Shown here one piece after another: positions 36,290 through 45,553 of a stretch of DNA of 55,692 nt. The translations under genes were made by a program, and so were the position numbers. The stretch comes from a virus. Its lineage: Duplodnaviria > Heunggongvirae > Uroviricota > Caudoviricetes. The notes beneath the pieces are model-generated. The model searched no databases. It worked only from the letters and a program-made list of their open reading frames with translations, and had not been told where the DNA came from. Every line of letters begins with the position of its first letter. Positions within the stretch are counted from its first letter, which is position 1. The stretch lies in IMG/VR virus record IMGVR_UViG_2693429768_000005, one strand, 5' to 3'.

Positions 36290-37011
36290 TATTCACCCCG
36301 TGTCACTCGTTTGATTTCGTTATCAGCCCGCGCCTCTTCTTTGAACAATTCAGCAATGGCGTCTTCATAGAAAGCACGGTATTTCTTCCACCATGTTGAT
36401 CGGCTTACCGGAAAAACAAGCTGATTAACAGCCTGCCGGACAAGATCTACAGGGAAACGCGAGTACCCGCGCCCGCCGCAGTGCTGGCACGTTTTGAACA
36501 CTGGCATTTCCGCCGCTTCACTGGCTGCTTTATCCGGTACTTCGCCACGACCCTTGCATTGTTTACAATGATTGCGAACTGTCCCGTGGCCATTGCATTT
36601 TTTGCAAAGGTGTTTTTCTCCGTAGTCGTCAAACGTAAATTTATATCCGCCGCACTCCATACAGGTTTTTTCCGTCGCGGCGCTTTGGCAATAATCCCGA
36701 AACGCGAAAACGGCAACAAGAATAATAAGATCATTGCGTTTGGCCTCGTCCAGTTCCATAACGTATTCATAATCTTTTGCCATAGCTCTTAAACGCTCTG
36801 TAAGCAAAACTACGGCCTTATGTTTTTCTGCTTGTGATAGTTCCATCTTCCCTAAAAAAGCGCTGTAGCCAAGCTCTACGCGCGATTGCGCCATACCTGC
36901 AGCAGTTAGTGCATCAGTAGTATTAAGCGCATCCGGGGACGTGCCCCGGCTTTCATCCGACAAACGCGGTGACTTTGGGAAGTGGAATTTAAGAATTGAT
37001 TCCAGGTTCAT
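36289..37011 (-). CDS. Q: late-gene antiterminator Q (lambda type, zinc-finger)
   Basis: N-terminus MNLESILKFHFPKSPRLSDESRGT aligns with lambda Q MRLESVAKFHSPKSPMMSDSPRAT (from memory); CxxC clusters. Confidence 0.85.
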   Translation of the reverse strand: MNLESILKFHFPKSPRLSDESRGTSPDALNTTDALTAAGMAQSRVELGYSAFLGKMELSQAEKHKAVVLLTERLRAMAKDYEYVMELDEAKRNDLIILVAVFAFRDYCQSAATEKTCMECGGYKFTFDDYGEKHLCKKCNGHGTVRNHCKQCKGRGEVPDKAASEAAEMPVFKTCQHCGGRGYSRFPVDLVRQAVNQLVFPVSRSTWWKKYRAFYEDAIAELFKEEARADNEIKRVTRGE

Positions 37012-37193
37012 CTTTTGCCCTCGTAACGCGCAATAAGTTTCTTGCGATCAGATATTGCTTGCGCCAACTTTCTTTCAAGCTCTTTAAGTGCAAGCAATTC
37101 TCGCATGTGGAAAGCCTGTATTTGTCGCACAGTCTCTAAATCATGCTCGTCGCGCTGAATATCTATTTGCAGATCTTTAATTTCGTTTTTCAT
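37008..37193 (-). CDS. hypothetical coiled-coil protein (61 aa)
   Basis: ORF between rusA and Q. Confidence 0.35.
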   Translation of the reverse strand: MKNEIKDLQIDIQRDEHDLETVRQIQAFHMRELLALKELERKLAQAISDRKKLIARYEGKR

Positions 37194-37597
37194 TTGTCAC
37201 CCCATATATTAGTTTCGTATTCACCAATATCCGGTAACAGGTCGCCGCGTTCGCGAACTTTAATAAACAATCGCCCGCCTTTTACCTTCCGGCAGCGAAC
37301 AATTTTTATTGCGTCGATTTGTCCGTCATCCTTCCAGAACTCTGCATAAGTAAGACTATCAAAAAGGCATTTGGGGATATTATCCAGATCTCTGGTTCGG
37401 TTATCCGGCGGCGCGGCATGAATGGTAATTGCCAGTCGGCAAGATAGGCTGATGTTTAAATTTAATAGCTCGATGATGTCTTTTACTTGCTCCCGGTATT
37501 CTTTCCCAACCTTGCTGATATAGTGAAAACCTCGTGAATGTCGGTAATAGCGGTTATTAGATGGCGGGTAAGGTAGGCTAAAAGAATATTCATTCAT
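37190..37597 (-). CDS. rusA: Holliday junction resolvase RusA
   Basis: 135 aa; RusA family features recalled from memory; typical nin-region position. Confidence 0.8.
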   Translation of the reverse strand: MNEYSFSLPYPPSNNRYYRHSRGFHYISKVGKEYREQVKDIIELLNLNISLSCRLAITIHAAPPDNRTRDLDNIPKCLFDSLTYAEFWKDDGQIDAIKIVRCRKVKGGRLFIKVRERGDLLPDIGEYETNIWGDK

Positions 37598-38199
37598 GCT
37601 GCCTTTCTCCTTAAGGCGTCTAATTTAGCCTGATAGACTTTTATGATCTCCTTACATTCTTCTATCGTCCATTTGTGAGTTTCGTTGTTGTTCTCCAGCG
37701 CCACCACCCTGGCGAGGCCAATTTTTCGAATCAGCGCCGGGCGATACCCTCCGATGTTGCCGTCTAGTGTCTGGTTGCAGTGCCTACATTGCTTGTGGAC
37801 GTTATCTTCATTGAAGCGAAGGTGTCCGGCGGCGGCTACAGTCCTATAATGGCCCGCATCGTATCCGCATTGCTCACCGTAATAAGTCCCGCAGGATATA
37901 CACGGCAAACTCGCGTCACGCTCGCGGATATAGGCATTAAATACCGCTTGCGCCTGCTTTAACCAATAGCTACGCGGATTTAACTGCTTCCGCTTCCGGT
38001 TGCGTTCTTCCCTCTGGCTATCACGGCGTTTCTTCCGCTCCATAGCCTTCATAGCCTTCTCACGGTCGCGGCATAGCTGGTCAAACTTCAGTTCTTCCAG
38101 ACATTCATCGCTGCACCACGTTTGATTATGGTATTTAGGCTCAAAAAAAACGCCGCAGCATTTGCAACGGCGTCTTATGGTTTTTTTAGGGTTCTGCAT
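37594..38199 (-). CDS. ninG: NinG/Rap recombination protein
   Basis: Cys/His-rich protein similar to lambda NinG; start set at ATG after GGGGTGG. Confidence 0.8.
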   Translation of the reverse strand: MQNPKKTIRRRCKCCGVFFEPKYHNQTWCSDECLEELKFDQLCRDREKAMKAMERKKRRDSQREERNRKRKQLNPRSYWLKQAQAVFNAYIRERDASLPCISCGTYYGEQCGYDAGHYRTVAAAGHLRFNEDNVHKQCRHCNQTLDGNIGGYRPALIRKIGLARVVALENNNETHKWTIEECKEIIKVYQAKLDALRRKAA

Positions 38200-38213
38200 A
38201 AAAACCACCCCGA

Positions 38214-38390
38214 TTATTTTTGATTCTCTGTTTCGTTCAGCCTTTCGGCGTGTCCGGCCCTTAGCCAATGTTCTAAGCATTCGTTGCACTCGTTATAGCC
38301 TCCTTTCTTCGTGCTGCATACATTGCACATTGCACGCATAACGCTCTCTCGTTCATAGTCGTCATGCCATTGGTAATTATCAAAAGACAT
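38214..38390 (-). CDS. small Cys4 zinc-ribbon-like protein (58 aa)
   Basis: internal ATG after AAAAGGAGAGAG; CxxC...CxxC. Confidence 0.4.
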   Translation of the reverse strand: MSFDNYQWHDDYERESVMRAMCNVCSTKKGGYNECNECLEHWLRAGHAERLNETENQK

Positions 38391-38566
38391 AATGCTCTCT
38401 CCTTTTAAGGTGATTTCTACGCATTTCAGCGCTGCCGGATTTTTAAAGAGCATTTTGTTTGCTTGAAGTATACAAAATGGATACGCCATAACAAGGTGAA
38501 AAGCGCCATTATGTGATCTATATCACGTAATGACGCCATTATGTAAACTTCAGTCCGGCAAAACGC

Positions 38567-39100
38567 TTATTCCCTACCCTCAAACGTGAAATAACAGCGC
38601 ATGATGATAGTGATCACCGTTACCGCTGCCATTTTTGAGATGAACTGCATCGCCGATATTTCCGGCATGAATGCCATAAACGATAGCGTAGGGAAAATCA
38701 ACGCATCCCCGATGGCTGAAGCTATATTTGCAGGCCAGCGTTTCGAATCAAAATCACCAGGCAAAACCCGGTAAACGCCGCCAGAAATAAGCGCACCGGA
38801 AACAACAGCAACGAATGACGCGATCGCCACCATTCCGGCGTCGTAATTTATCAGCACAGTGATTGCGCCAGCGGCGGCGCATGTTGTAGCCGACCATTTC
38901 AGGCCGCCGTCATATAACAGAAAGTCGCGGATCATCATATTTACACACACTGCGGCTACCGTAGTGACCGGAATCACCCACGGGCCGCAATGGTTAACAA
39001 TAAGGTTGATGATCACGAAAACGGCGACATAAACGCAGGCCAGTAACCTGTCAATTGCCACCTTTTCCATTTTGCTATCCCTCTTCTGACTGATACCCAA
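38567..39100 (-). CDS. multi-pass membrane protein of unknown function
   Basis: 4-5 hydrophobic helices. Confidence 0.45.
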   Translation of the reverse strand: MGISQKRDSKMEKVAIDRLLACVYVAVFVIINLIVNHCGPWVIPVTTVAAVCVNMMIRDFLLYDGGLKWSATTCAAAGAITVLINYDAGMVAIASFVAVVSGALISGGVYRVLPGDFDSKRWPANIASAIGDALIFPTLSFMAFMPEISAMQFISKMAAVTVITIIMRCYFTFEGRE

Positions 39101-39554
39101 AATTCAAATCAAGCAAATCAGTAGCGCAACGACATTGAGGGTTAATCTCTGAAGGAGATAAGCCATTACAGGATATTATAACTCCATCATTTACCATCCC
39201 ATCATTAATATTGGCGGCAGTGAACTGATTTTTCTTTTGCTCATTCTCCCGATCATTTAATATTTGCTCCGCTTTTAGTGCGCTGTAGCTGATTAAGTCA
39301 ACCAAAGTATCAGTAGGGTCAGAACCATTAGCCAAAATTGCCTCTAAACGCGCCTCCTTAAGACAAATCAACAGATCCCATACATCAAGTGGGGTTAAAT
39401 TTGCGCCCTTCTTAGCGTTGTAAATGGTGGCTATTTTTGGCGCTGATTTTTCTTCTTTTCTGTCGTAGCCGTTTTGTTTACCTCTTTGCTCTATTGTTTC
39501 TGCTGCAAGTCGTAATAAATCTGCTGCACTAGTCATTTTCTGCACCTCTTGCAT
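39075..39554 (-). CDS. hypothetical protein (159 aa) upstream of Dam
   Basis: ORF; no domain recognised. Confidence 0.4.
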   Translation of the reverse strand: MQEVQKMTSAADLLRLAAETIEQRGKQNGYDRKEEKSAPKIATIYNAKKGANLTPLDVWDLLICLKEARLEAILANGSDPTDTLVDLISYSALKAEQILNDRENEQKKNQFTAANINDGMVNDGVIISCNGLSPSEINPQCRCATDLLDLNFGYQSEEG

Positions 39555-40077
39555 ATAGCTCTTTACGTGTTATCTGCGTGAAAATACATTCATGTCTGCA
39601 CCGTGGATGCCAGATCAAAAACAAGCTCCCTTTGTTGTTTCCGCTCACTGGCTTACCAGTCGCAGCATTTATAAAAGCCAGCCGCCCGCGCGTTATTAAT
39701 CTGCATTCGTTTGCCGTCTCAACGCCGTTCATAAACCAGCTAACAGAAATGTCAGCGGGCAATAACATTACGCAACCGATGTGGTTTCGGCTGTGTTCAA
39801 GCGCCGCTTTATCAACGAATGGCCCCGGGTTCGAATATGGTGGATTCATCCAGACATACTCACCAGGCATTGCCACCGCTCCCCACGGATAATGCAGCGT
39901 GTCCATTTCTTCGGTTATATATCGCGGGATTAATGCGTTTGCCTTGTTTGCCGCCACGTCAGCGACAAATTCAAACTCACGATCCATTCCTCTAAAAACT
40001 GGTTTAGGTGTCTGCCACAGGTCTTTAATTTCCTTCGGCGTACTGCTGCCTCCAAAATCATTTTTCATTATGACCAC
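39529..40077 (-). CDS. phage DNA N6-adenine methyltransferase (Dam-like)
   Basis: 182 aa; motif VWMNPPYS (NPPY catalytic motif). Confidence 0.8.
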   Translation of the reverse strand: MVIMKNDFGGSSTPKEIKDLWQTPKPVFRGMDREFEFVADVAANKANALIPRYITEEMDTLHYPWGAVAMPGEYVWMNPPYSNPGPFVDKAALEHSRNHIGCVMLLPADISVSWFMNGVETANECRLITRGRLAFINAATGKPVSGNNKGSLFLIWHPRCRHECIFTQITRKELYARGAEND

Positions 40078-40080
40078 CCA

Positions 40081-40332
40081 CTAGAAATAGTCCTGTTCCG
40101 TTCCCCAACGGTTGTTCAAATATCCCACCAACCAGATAAAACGCTCAATACTGATTAGTGGGGCGACCTTGCGATAATGCTTTTCTAATATCAGCCGCGT
40201 AGCTTTATCGCTGTAGCCGTTTCTTTCTACCTCCGCTTTGCAGGCAGAAAGCGCTGCGCGGGCGGCAGCTTTTACGGCATTAAATTGCAGTTCTGACATA
40301 TTGAACAAAGCCATAGGATCACCATTCATCAC
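40081..40332 (-). CDS. hypothetical protein (83 aa)
   Basis: ORF. Confidence 0.35.
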   Translation of the reverse strand: MMNGDPMALFNMSELQFNAVKAAARAALSACKAEVERNGYSDKATRLILEKHYRKVAPLISIERFIWLVGYLNNRWGTEQDYF

Positions 40333-40555
40333 CCCAATCAGGCGCTACAGTCCAGCAAAAACCAATGAATGCGCTAACAGCCAATAAAGCGCGGGCTGCA
40401 AAAAGAATATTCCCAATGTCGTTAAATTCAGGCAGCGACCACGTAATAAACATATCCCCCAGCATGATAACACCGATAACAGTCAGGGCCGCCAGGAAAA
40501 CAAAAAGCGTAGCCAAAAGCCACACCCCCAACCAGTTAAAAAAGCTCTTAACCAT
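40319..40555 (-). CDS. hypothetical membrane protein (78 aa)
   Basis: two hydrophobic helices. Confidence 0.4.
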   Translation of the reverse strand: MVKSFFNWLGVWLLATLFVFLAALTVIGVIMLGDMFITWSLPEFNDIGNILFAARALLAVSAFIGFCWTVAPDWGDEW

Positions 40556-40556
40556 T

Positions 40557-40760
40557 TTAAACCTCGTCTATTACACCGCCTTGCACGCGTTCCTTAATAT
40601 CCCACACGTGAGGCAAGCATATTTCTTGATAATAGTGATCCGGCCTGCTGCCGAAATACCATTTACCATCCATATAAAAATAAACGCCAGAAAAATCTCC
40701 CGGCGCTGCTTTTGTTGCTGCTTCTGGAATTTTCCATTCTTTATAGCGTTTATACTTCAT
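40557..40760 (-). CDS. hypothetical protein (67 aa)
   Basis: ORF. Confidence 0.3.
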   Translation of the reverse strand: MKYKRYKEWKIPEAATKAAPGDFSGVYFYMDGKWYFGSRPDHYYQEICLPHVWDIKERVQGGVIDEV

Positions 40761-40941
40761 ACATTTTTACCGTCTGTTTTAGATCTTTTAATGTGCAAGG
40801 CATCAAGCGAAAATGCTGAACGCCTTTAATGATGCAGATTAGGTAAATGTCACCGATTGAGTTGTAGTAATAACATCCGCAATAACCGACACCAGCTAAT
40901 TTGGCGTTGTCCGGTAACTTATATTCTCCAACGCACTTCAT
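40750..40941 (-). CDS. hypothetical protein (63 aa)
   Basis: ORF. Confidence 0.3.
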   Translation of the reverse strand: MKCVGEYKLPDNAKLAGVGYCGCYYYNSIGDIYLICIIKGVQHFRLMPCTLKDLKQTVKMYEV

Positions 40942-41039
40942 AAATCACCTCATATGGTATTCAATAAACCACCTGATAAACAGGCATAAGGCAATAAAAC
41001 CCCAGCAACAGCACATATAAAACAATGTGTCGTCCATAA

Positions 41040-41258
41040 TTAAGCCTCAATAACACCGTAATCAAACGTGCCTAAATACCGTTCGATGCTTACAACCTCA
41101 ATACCATCAATGCACCGTTTCCACACAGACACCCGGCTTTCATTTTCCCGGAAGTGCATATTAGAAAGCACTTCATCGGCTGGATAGCCTTTCCCGGCGA
41201 CGTAGGCATCGTGACCTACTCCACCCTCAACACAATAAAGCATTAATTCGCGGGCCAT
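41040..41258 (-). CDS. hypothetical protein (72 aa)
   Basis: ORF. Confidence 0.35.
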   Translation of the reverse strand: MARELMLYCVEGGVGHDAYVAGKGYPADEVLSNMHFRENESRVSVWKRCIDGIEVVSIERYLGTFDYGVIEA

Positions 41259-41358
41259 CTTGTTTTTCCTCCGCGCCGTAAACCTTTTGATTTCAGTTCA
41301 CAAAACGGATTTACGATCACAACACAAAATGTATTTCTATGTGATCGCCATCACTATG

Positions 41359-41979
41359 TTAATGAAGTACGCGTTTTTCAGGTTCTGGCATTAGCTGTGC
41401 GTCTTTCCGCGCGTCATTAAGCACAGCTATAGCTACCTGTACACCTAAATCATTTGCGCGCATATTATTGCCAACCATTTCGCCGTAAAATAATGGCATG
41501 ATCGCCTTTACTTCTTCCTCTGTGTGACCTTCATCAATACACTTCTGTAACGCTTTAGCCTCGAATACTTTTTTCATTACGCCACGCACAGAATACAGCG
41601 CAACGCTACCCATATGATTTTCATCTAACGGGAAAATAACAGCACTTCCGAACGCCAGCGGGTCAATCTCTTCCGGTACTGGTACTCGCCCAAATTCTTC
41701 TTCCATTCGTTTTACGAAAGTGAGGCAGAAGACATAACGAGCTACGGCAGTTTTTTCTTCAGCGTTTAAAGACACATAATCGCGGATCGACGCGTCCATC
41801 ACAATATCAACAATCTGTAACGCCAGATTCAAATCAGCGTCATACGCACCAGCTTCCATATCTTTTAATACTTCGTGATAATCCTTCGTTTCCACTTCAT
41901 GAAAACTTGCATCTTCAGCATAACGAGTGATTAACATGCCATCGCTGCCGAGTGAATAAGCTGTTTTGATGTCGTTCAT
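41359..41979 (-). CDS. hypothetical acidic protein (206 aa)
   Basis: ORF; no domain recognised. Confidence 0.4.
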   Translation of the reverse strand: MNDIKTAYSLGSDGMLITRYAEDASFHEVETKDYHEVLKDMEAGAYDADLNLALQIVDIVMDASIRDYVSLNAEEKTAVARYVFCLTFVKRMEEEFGRVPVPEEIDPLAFGSAVIFPLDENHMGSVALYSVRGVMKKVFEAKALQKCIDEGHTEEEVKAIMPLFYGEMVGNNMRANDLGVQVAIAVLNDARKDAQLMPEPEKRVLH

Positions 41980-41991
41980 GATATTTATCCT

Positions 41992-42324
41992 TTATAGTGG
42001 GTGATGCCATTTCATTTCAGTTTCTGGATTGAACGGGTTTCCTTCACTTGAAAGGAATAAATCACGCTCCCGTTTTAGCTCTTCCTGGCTTATTTCTATT
42101 TCATCAATCTGACCGAACGATCCAGGCATCATCCGTTTTAAATCAGATAGCGGGCGCATAAGGCCGCAACCACGTAACAACATGTCTAACGCGAACTGTC
42201 TCCGCCCTGCCGCATCATTAAAGCGCCGAGAATAAGGAACAACCACGATCCTGCGCTCGAACTCAATAAATAGCGATAGCTTGTTAGTAGCTGAATCATA
42301 GCCTTTATGGAATTTAATTTTCAT
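41992..42324 (-). CDS. hypothetical protein (110 aa)
   Basis: ORF. Confidence 0.35.
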   Translation of the reverse strand: MKIKFHKGYDSATNKLSLFIEFERRIVVVPYSRRFNDAAGRRQFALDMLLRGCGLMRPLSDLKRMMPGSFGQIDEIEISQEELKRERDLFLSSEGNPFNPETEMKWHHPL

Positions 42325-42505
42325 TTAACACCTCGACGTATTGCTCAAGATGCCATTTACCAACCTCGTCATCTTCCTCATCAAATAATGTTACCTGACC
42401 ACCTGGCCCAAAAGAAAAGGCAGCTATAATAAATTTATACCCATACCACGTGCGGATCTTTTCGCCGCCTTTTAAATCTTTAACTTTCACTAATTTTATA
42501 GCCAT
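42314..42505 (-). CDS. hypothetical protein (63 aa)
   Basis: ORF. Confidence 0.3.
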   Translation of the reverse strand: MAIKLVKVKDLKGGEKIRTWYGYKFIIAAFSFGPGGQVTLFDEEDDEVGKWHLEQYVEVLNEN

Positions 42506-42768
42506 ACACCGAACATCCCATTCAGTCCGGCGAACAATTTCCGCCAGTGGTTTTCAGCATAAGCCCGGAACGGCTTAACGCGAACATTGCGGGCCTTCAG
42601 TTCAATATCATCAAAGTAGCGCGGTTCGATGATTGTTCCGTCCAGGTATTTAACCACTAGCGGGCGCTCTAGATCGTCATACATCTTATTCAGTACAACC
42701 AGGCCAGGGTCATCACGATATTCAGGCAACACAACAAGATCACCAGCCTTTGCATCCCATGTTTTCAT
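42496..42768 (-). CDS. hypothetical protein (about 90 aa)
   Basis: ORF; ATG overlapping stop of upstream mini-ORF. Confidence 0.35.
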   Translation of the reverse strand: MKTWDAKAGDLVVLPEYRDDPGLVVLNKMYDDLERPLVVKYLDGTIIEPRYFDDIELKARNVRVKPFRAYAENHWRKLFAGLNGMFGVWL

Positions 42769-42887
42769 CACAGCAATCCTCTGAAAATAAAGCTAACCAG
42801 CGCAGCAAATGCGCCACAAGAAACAACCACAAACAGGAAGCAAATAATGCAAAACGCGACAGTCACAATATCCTTACCGACTTTCAT
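42768..42887 (-). CDS. small single-helix membrane peptide (39 aa)
   Basis: MKVGKDIVTVAFCIICFLFVVVSCGAFAALVSFIFRGLL; GAGG SD. Confidence 0.4.
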   Translation of the reverse strand: MKVGKDIVTVAFCIICFLFVVVSCGAFAALVSFIFRGLL

Positions 42888-42895
42888 GATTGGCC

Positions 42896-43009
42896 TCACA
42901 TGTTAGTAATGAGTTTAATGATCGCTACCGTGATATAAAGAGATACGCTGAGATACAGCACGGCGATAGATAAAGCCGCAAGCAATGCGGCAATTTTTGC
43001 AAAGCTCAT
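42896..43009 (-). CDS. small single-helix membrane peptide (37 aa)
   Basis: MSFAKIAALLAALSIAVLYLSVSLYITVAIIKLITNM; ATG overlaps upstream stop. Confidence 0.4.
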   Translation of the reverse strand: MSFAKIAALLAALSIAVLYLSVSLYITVAIIKLITNM

Positions 43010-43245
43010 TTGCCACCCTCCGCAATTAACTTATCAAGCCATTTGTTATTAGCCAGCCGTTCTTTGTCACTACCAAAACTGTTTCTGCTTAGAAGCTCCT
43101 CTTTTGTTAATTGCGGCCACTTATCCGTCCACCCAGCCGACGTATCGAACTCATACAGACCGCCGTCAAAAGTAACAAAGTCATCAGCCGTGTCAGGCAC
43201 TTCTTTATCAACTTCTTTTTCTTCGATCATGATTTGATACCTCAT
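43006..43245 (-). CDS. hypothetical protein (79 aa)
   Basis: ORF. Confidence 0.35.
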   Translation of the reverse strand: MRYQIMIEEKEVDKEVPDTADDFVTFDGGLYEFDTSAGWTDKWPQLTKEELLSRNSFGSDKERLANNKWLDKLIAEGGK

Positions 43246-43524
43246 TAATCGTTAATGACCTGGCCCATACGCCCGCGATATTTGCGCATACGTGGATCGA
43301 CATATTCAGGCCAGTGCATATCCGGTTTTCTTTGCAGTGGGTAAAAACTTGCCTGCCAGTTGTCGAACCATATTTGTTTTGCGTACAGGTCACTAAATCT
43401 TTTTGCCATCCGTTCCGCTGCCGTGCCGCATAAAAAAAGCCCGCGATCGATTTGATCACGGGCTTCTTTTAATACTTGCTCTTTTGTTCGTGGTTGCGGT
43501 GGCGGTTTTAGATAATCACTCATC
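43245..43524 (-). CDS. hypothetical protein (about 93 aa)
   Basis: internal ATG avoiding overlap with ssb. Confidence 0.35.
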
Positions 43525-43539
43525 GCTAACACATTGATT

Positions 43540-43959
43540 CTAAAAAGGAATATCGTCGTCAAAGTCCATCGAAGGCGGATTATTCCCGTTATTATTCTGC
43601 TGCTGCGGCGGCGCTTTCTGCTGCTGTCCTTGCTGCTGGCCTTGTTGGTTAACATTCATGAATTCAAATTCGTTAACCGCCACTTCTACCGCAGTCCCCT
43701 TCGTGCCGTCGTTCCGGTCATATTGCCGAACATCCAGGCGACCGCTTACCACTATTTTTCCACCCTTACGGATATGTGGCGCTAATTTTTCCGCACGCTC
43801 GCCAAATATCAGGCAAGTGATCCACATTACCCGCTTATTATCACCGTAGCCATTCGTTACAGCTAACGGAAAACTACCAATCGCTTTTCCGTTTTGCGTG
43901 TAGCGAACTTCCATATCATTCCCGATATTACCGCCCAGTGTGATTGAATTTAAGCTCAT
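43540..43959 (-). CDS. ssb: single-stranded DNA-binding protein
   Basis: OB-fold N-terminus, Gln/Gly-rich linker and acidic tail DFDDDIPF. Confidence 0.9.
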   Translation of the reverse strand: MSLNSITLGGNIGNDMEVRYTQNGKAIGSFPLAVTNGYGDNKRVMWITCLIFGERAEKLAPHIRKGGKIVVSGRLDVRQYDRNDGTKGTAVEVAVNEFEFMNVNQQGQQQGQQQKAPPQQQNNNGNNPPSMDFDDDIPF

Positions 43960-44612
43960 TAACCGATCTCCCCGTTAAGCTCTTTTAAGCGAATGTCATA
44001 AACGTCTTTCGCTTTCTGTTGCTGTTCTGAATCTTTAGGCAGTAGTTTCCAGCACTTCCCGAAGATCTCGCGTAACTTGTTAGCGTCCTGCGCTTTCGCT
44101 GCCGCATCACAGAAACGCGCTAACACCTCATCAGGATTTGGCGGCGCTTTCTGCTGCTGTGGTTTCTGATTAGGTTGTTGTTTTGGTGGGGTTTTCTGCT
44201 GGCGAGGCTGCTGCCCTGTCTGCTTAGCGTATGCGTCAGTATCAGGATCTCGCGCATCGTCAATACAGAACAATCCGTTCAAAGCATATTTACGCGCGTA
44301 ACTTGATGTTGCTCCTGTTAACTGGCTTGCGTCCATTCCCTTCTTGCTTTCTTCCTCCCTGGCGTAAGCCGTTACCGCTATCTCATTCTCACCGTCGCTT
44401 AGTGTCGCAGTGGCTTTCACATAATAGCGATTGCCGATCAGGATAATTTCATCACTTACAGTCAGCGTAATACTTTGAAGCAGTGGTTTGACCGCTTCTA
44501 AAATATCCTCCGCCGACCTGTAATTGTATCCGCCGAAATTATTACGCTGATTTTTCGGCGCGTTCAGCGTTTGCTGAATCGTCCACAGTTTTTTATGTAA
44601 CTCTGTTTTCAC
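43959..44612 (-). CDS. erf: Erf-family single-strand annealing protein
   Basis: 217 aa; ERF-like N-terminal domain (recalled) with Gln/Pro-rich linker; adjacent to ssb; GTG start. Confidence 0.75.
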   Translation of the reverse strand: MKTELHKKLWTIQQTLNAPKNQRNNFGGYNYRSAEDILEAVKPLLQSITLTVSDEIILIGNRYYVKATATLSDGENEIAVTAYAREEESKKGMDASQLTGATSSYARKYALNGLFCIDDARDPDTDAYAKQTGQQPRQQKTPPKQQPNQKPQQQKAPPNPDEVLARFCDAAAKAQDANKLREIFGKCWKLLPKDSEQQQKAKDVYDIRLKELNGEIG

Positions 44613-44731
44613 TCTTTAATCTCCTTCGCTGTTAACACTATGTATAAGGCTTTATTCGCGGCGCTCCACATTTCGGCATCGTGAAGCATTTCCGCTACCG
44701 CAAGTTTGAATTGAAGCGCCTCGATAACCAT
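44609..44731 (-). CDS. hypothetical protein (40 aa)
   Basis: GGAGGT SD; stop overlaps erf start. Confidence 0.3.
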   Translation of the reverse strand: MVIEALQFKLAVAEMLHDAEMWSAANKALYIVLTAKEIKE

Positions 44732-44761
44732 AATGTAACCTCCGAATGTTTACATTTTGTA

Positions 44762-45052
44762 TTAATGGTAACGGACTTTATCCAGGGGTTTCTCCCCTAA
44801 ATGGCGTGGTTGCGTTGCGTGGTAGTAGCTGCCGCTTTCATTTTCCGTATACCATTTTACTGATCCTTTGCGACGTTCTTTAATGCTATTTGGTTTGCAC
44901 CTTTCCTCGTTTGCAAATCGAATAGCTTTATCCACATTGTCTGTTTTATTAATTGCAGGTGATGATTTTCTTTCGTTTTCTCTTTTTATCCTTCTGCGTT
45001 CCCTGGCGTTCATTTTGCTATCACATTTTCCATACATAATTGTAACGCTCAT
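44762..45052 (-). CDS. N-like transcription antiterminator (Arg-rich motif)
   Basis: MSVTIMYGK...NARERRRIKRENERK resembles P22 gp24 / lambda N Arg-rich motif (from memory); first gene of leftward operon beside cI. Confidence 0.6.
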   Translation of the reverse strand: MSVTIMYGKCDSKMNARERRRIKRENERKSSPAINKTDNVDKAIRFANEERCKPNSIKERRKGSVKWYTENESGSYYHATQPRHLGEKPLDKVRYH

Positions 45053-45394
45053 AATCTGATCTCCGTATATCCTTGATGAAACTTAATAAAAAATCATCTT
45101 CGTTAATTGCCGCACTTCCAGTGGCTGACCAGATTTTTAATGAGCGGCTTAACATCTTTCAACTAATCCCGCAATCATCGCCGTTCCCGGCGTGACCTTG
45201 CTCACTCCAAGCAAGCTGACTCGTCGCCTTGCGTGCGGTTTCGTGGGGGATGTAACGCTTTAAACACCCCATGCGCCTTGTTATCAGTGCCGCTTTCGGT
45301 CCCCCCATTGGGGAGTTACTCCACGGTTGACAAGGTGTTAAGCCTGATTTTTAAAGTGCCAGGAAGCCGCTTTTGTTACCTGCGCCCTTCCTTT

Positions 45395-45430
45395 GACTCG
45401 CAATATACGCCCCGTAAAACACCGAGTCAA
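45395..45430 (-). promoter_or_regulatory. candidate pL-like early promoter with flanking inverted repeat
   Basis: minus-strand TTGACT-N17-TATATT; 8-bp inverted repeat TTGACTCG/CGAGTCAA brackets it. Confidence 0.5.
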
Positions 45431-45521
45431 TCCATTTTGTATACTTTTTTAAAACATTTTATATGTTATTGATATTTAAACAATAAATAACGTTTTCTGT
45501 TTACGTTTTGGTGCTTTCATG

Positions 45522-45547
45522 GCAAAGAAAAGCCGCCATCCGGCGGC
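45522..45547 (-). terminator. rho-independent terminator after cI
   Basis: GCCGCC-atcc-GGCGGC hairpin followed by TTTTCTTTG on minus strand. Confidence 0.55.
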
Positions 45548-45553
45548 TAATGT

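Noticed and set aside
45233-45472. 79-aa plus-strand ORF between cI and the N-like gene
   Set aside because: Lies over the candidate pL promoter and leader; no SD; better explained as regulatory DNA.
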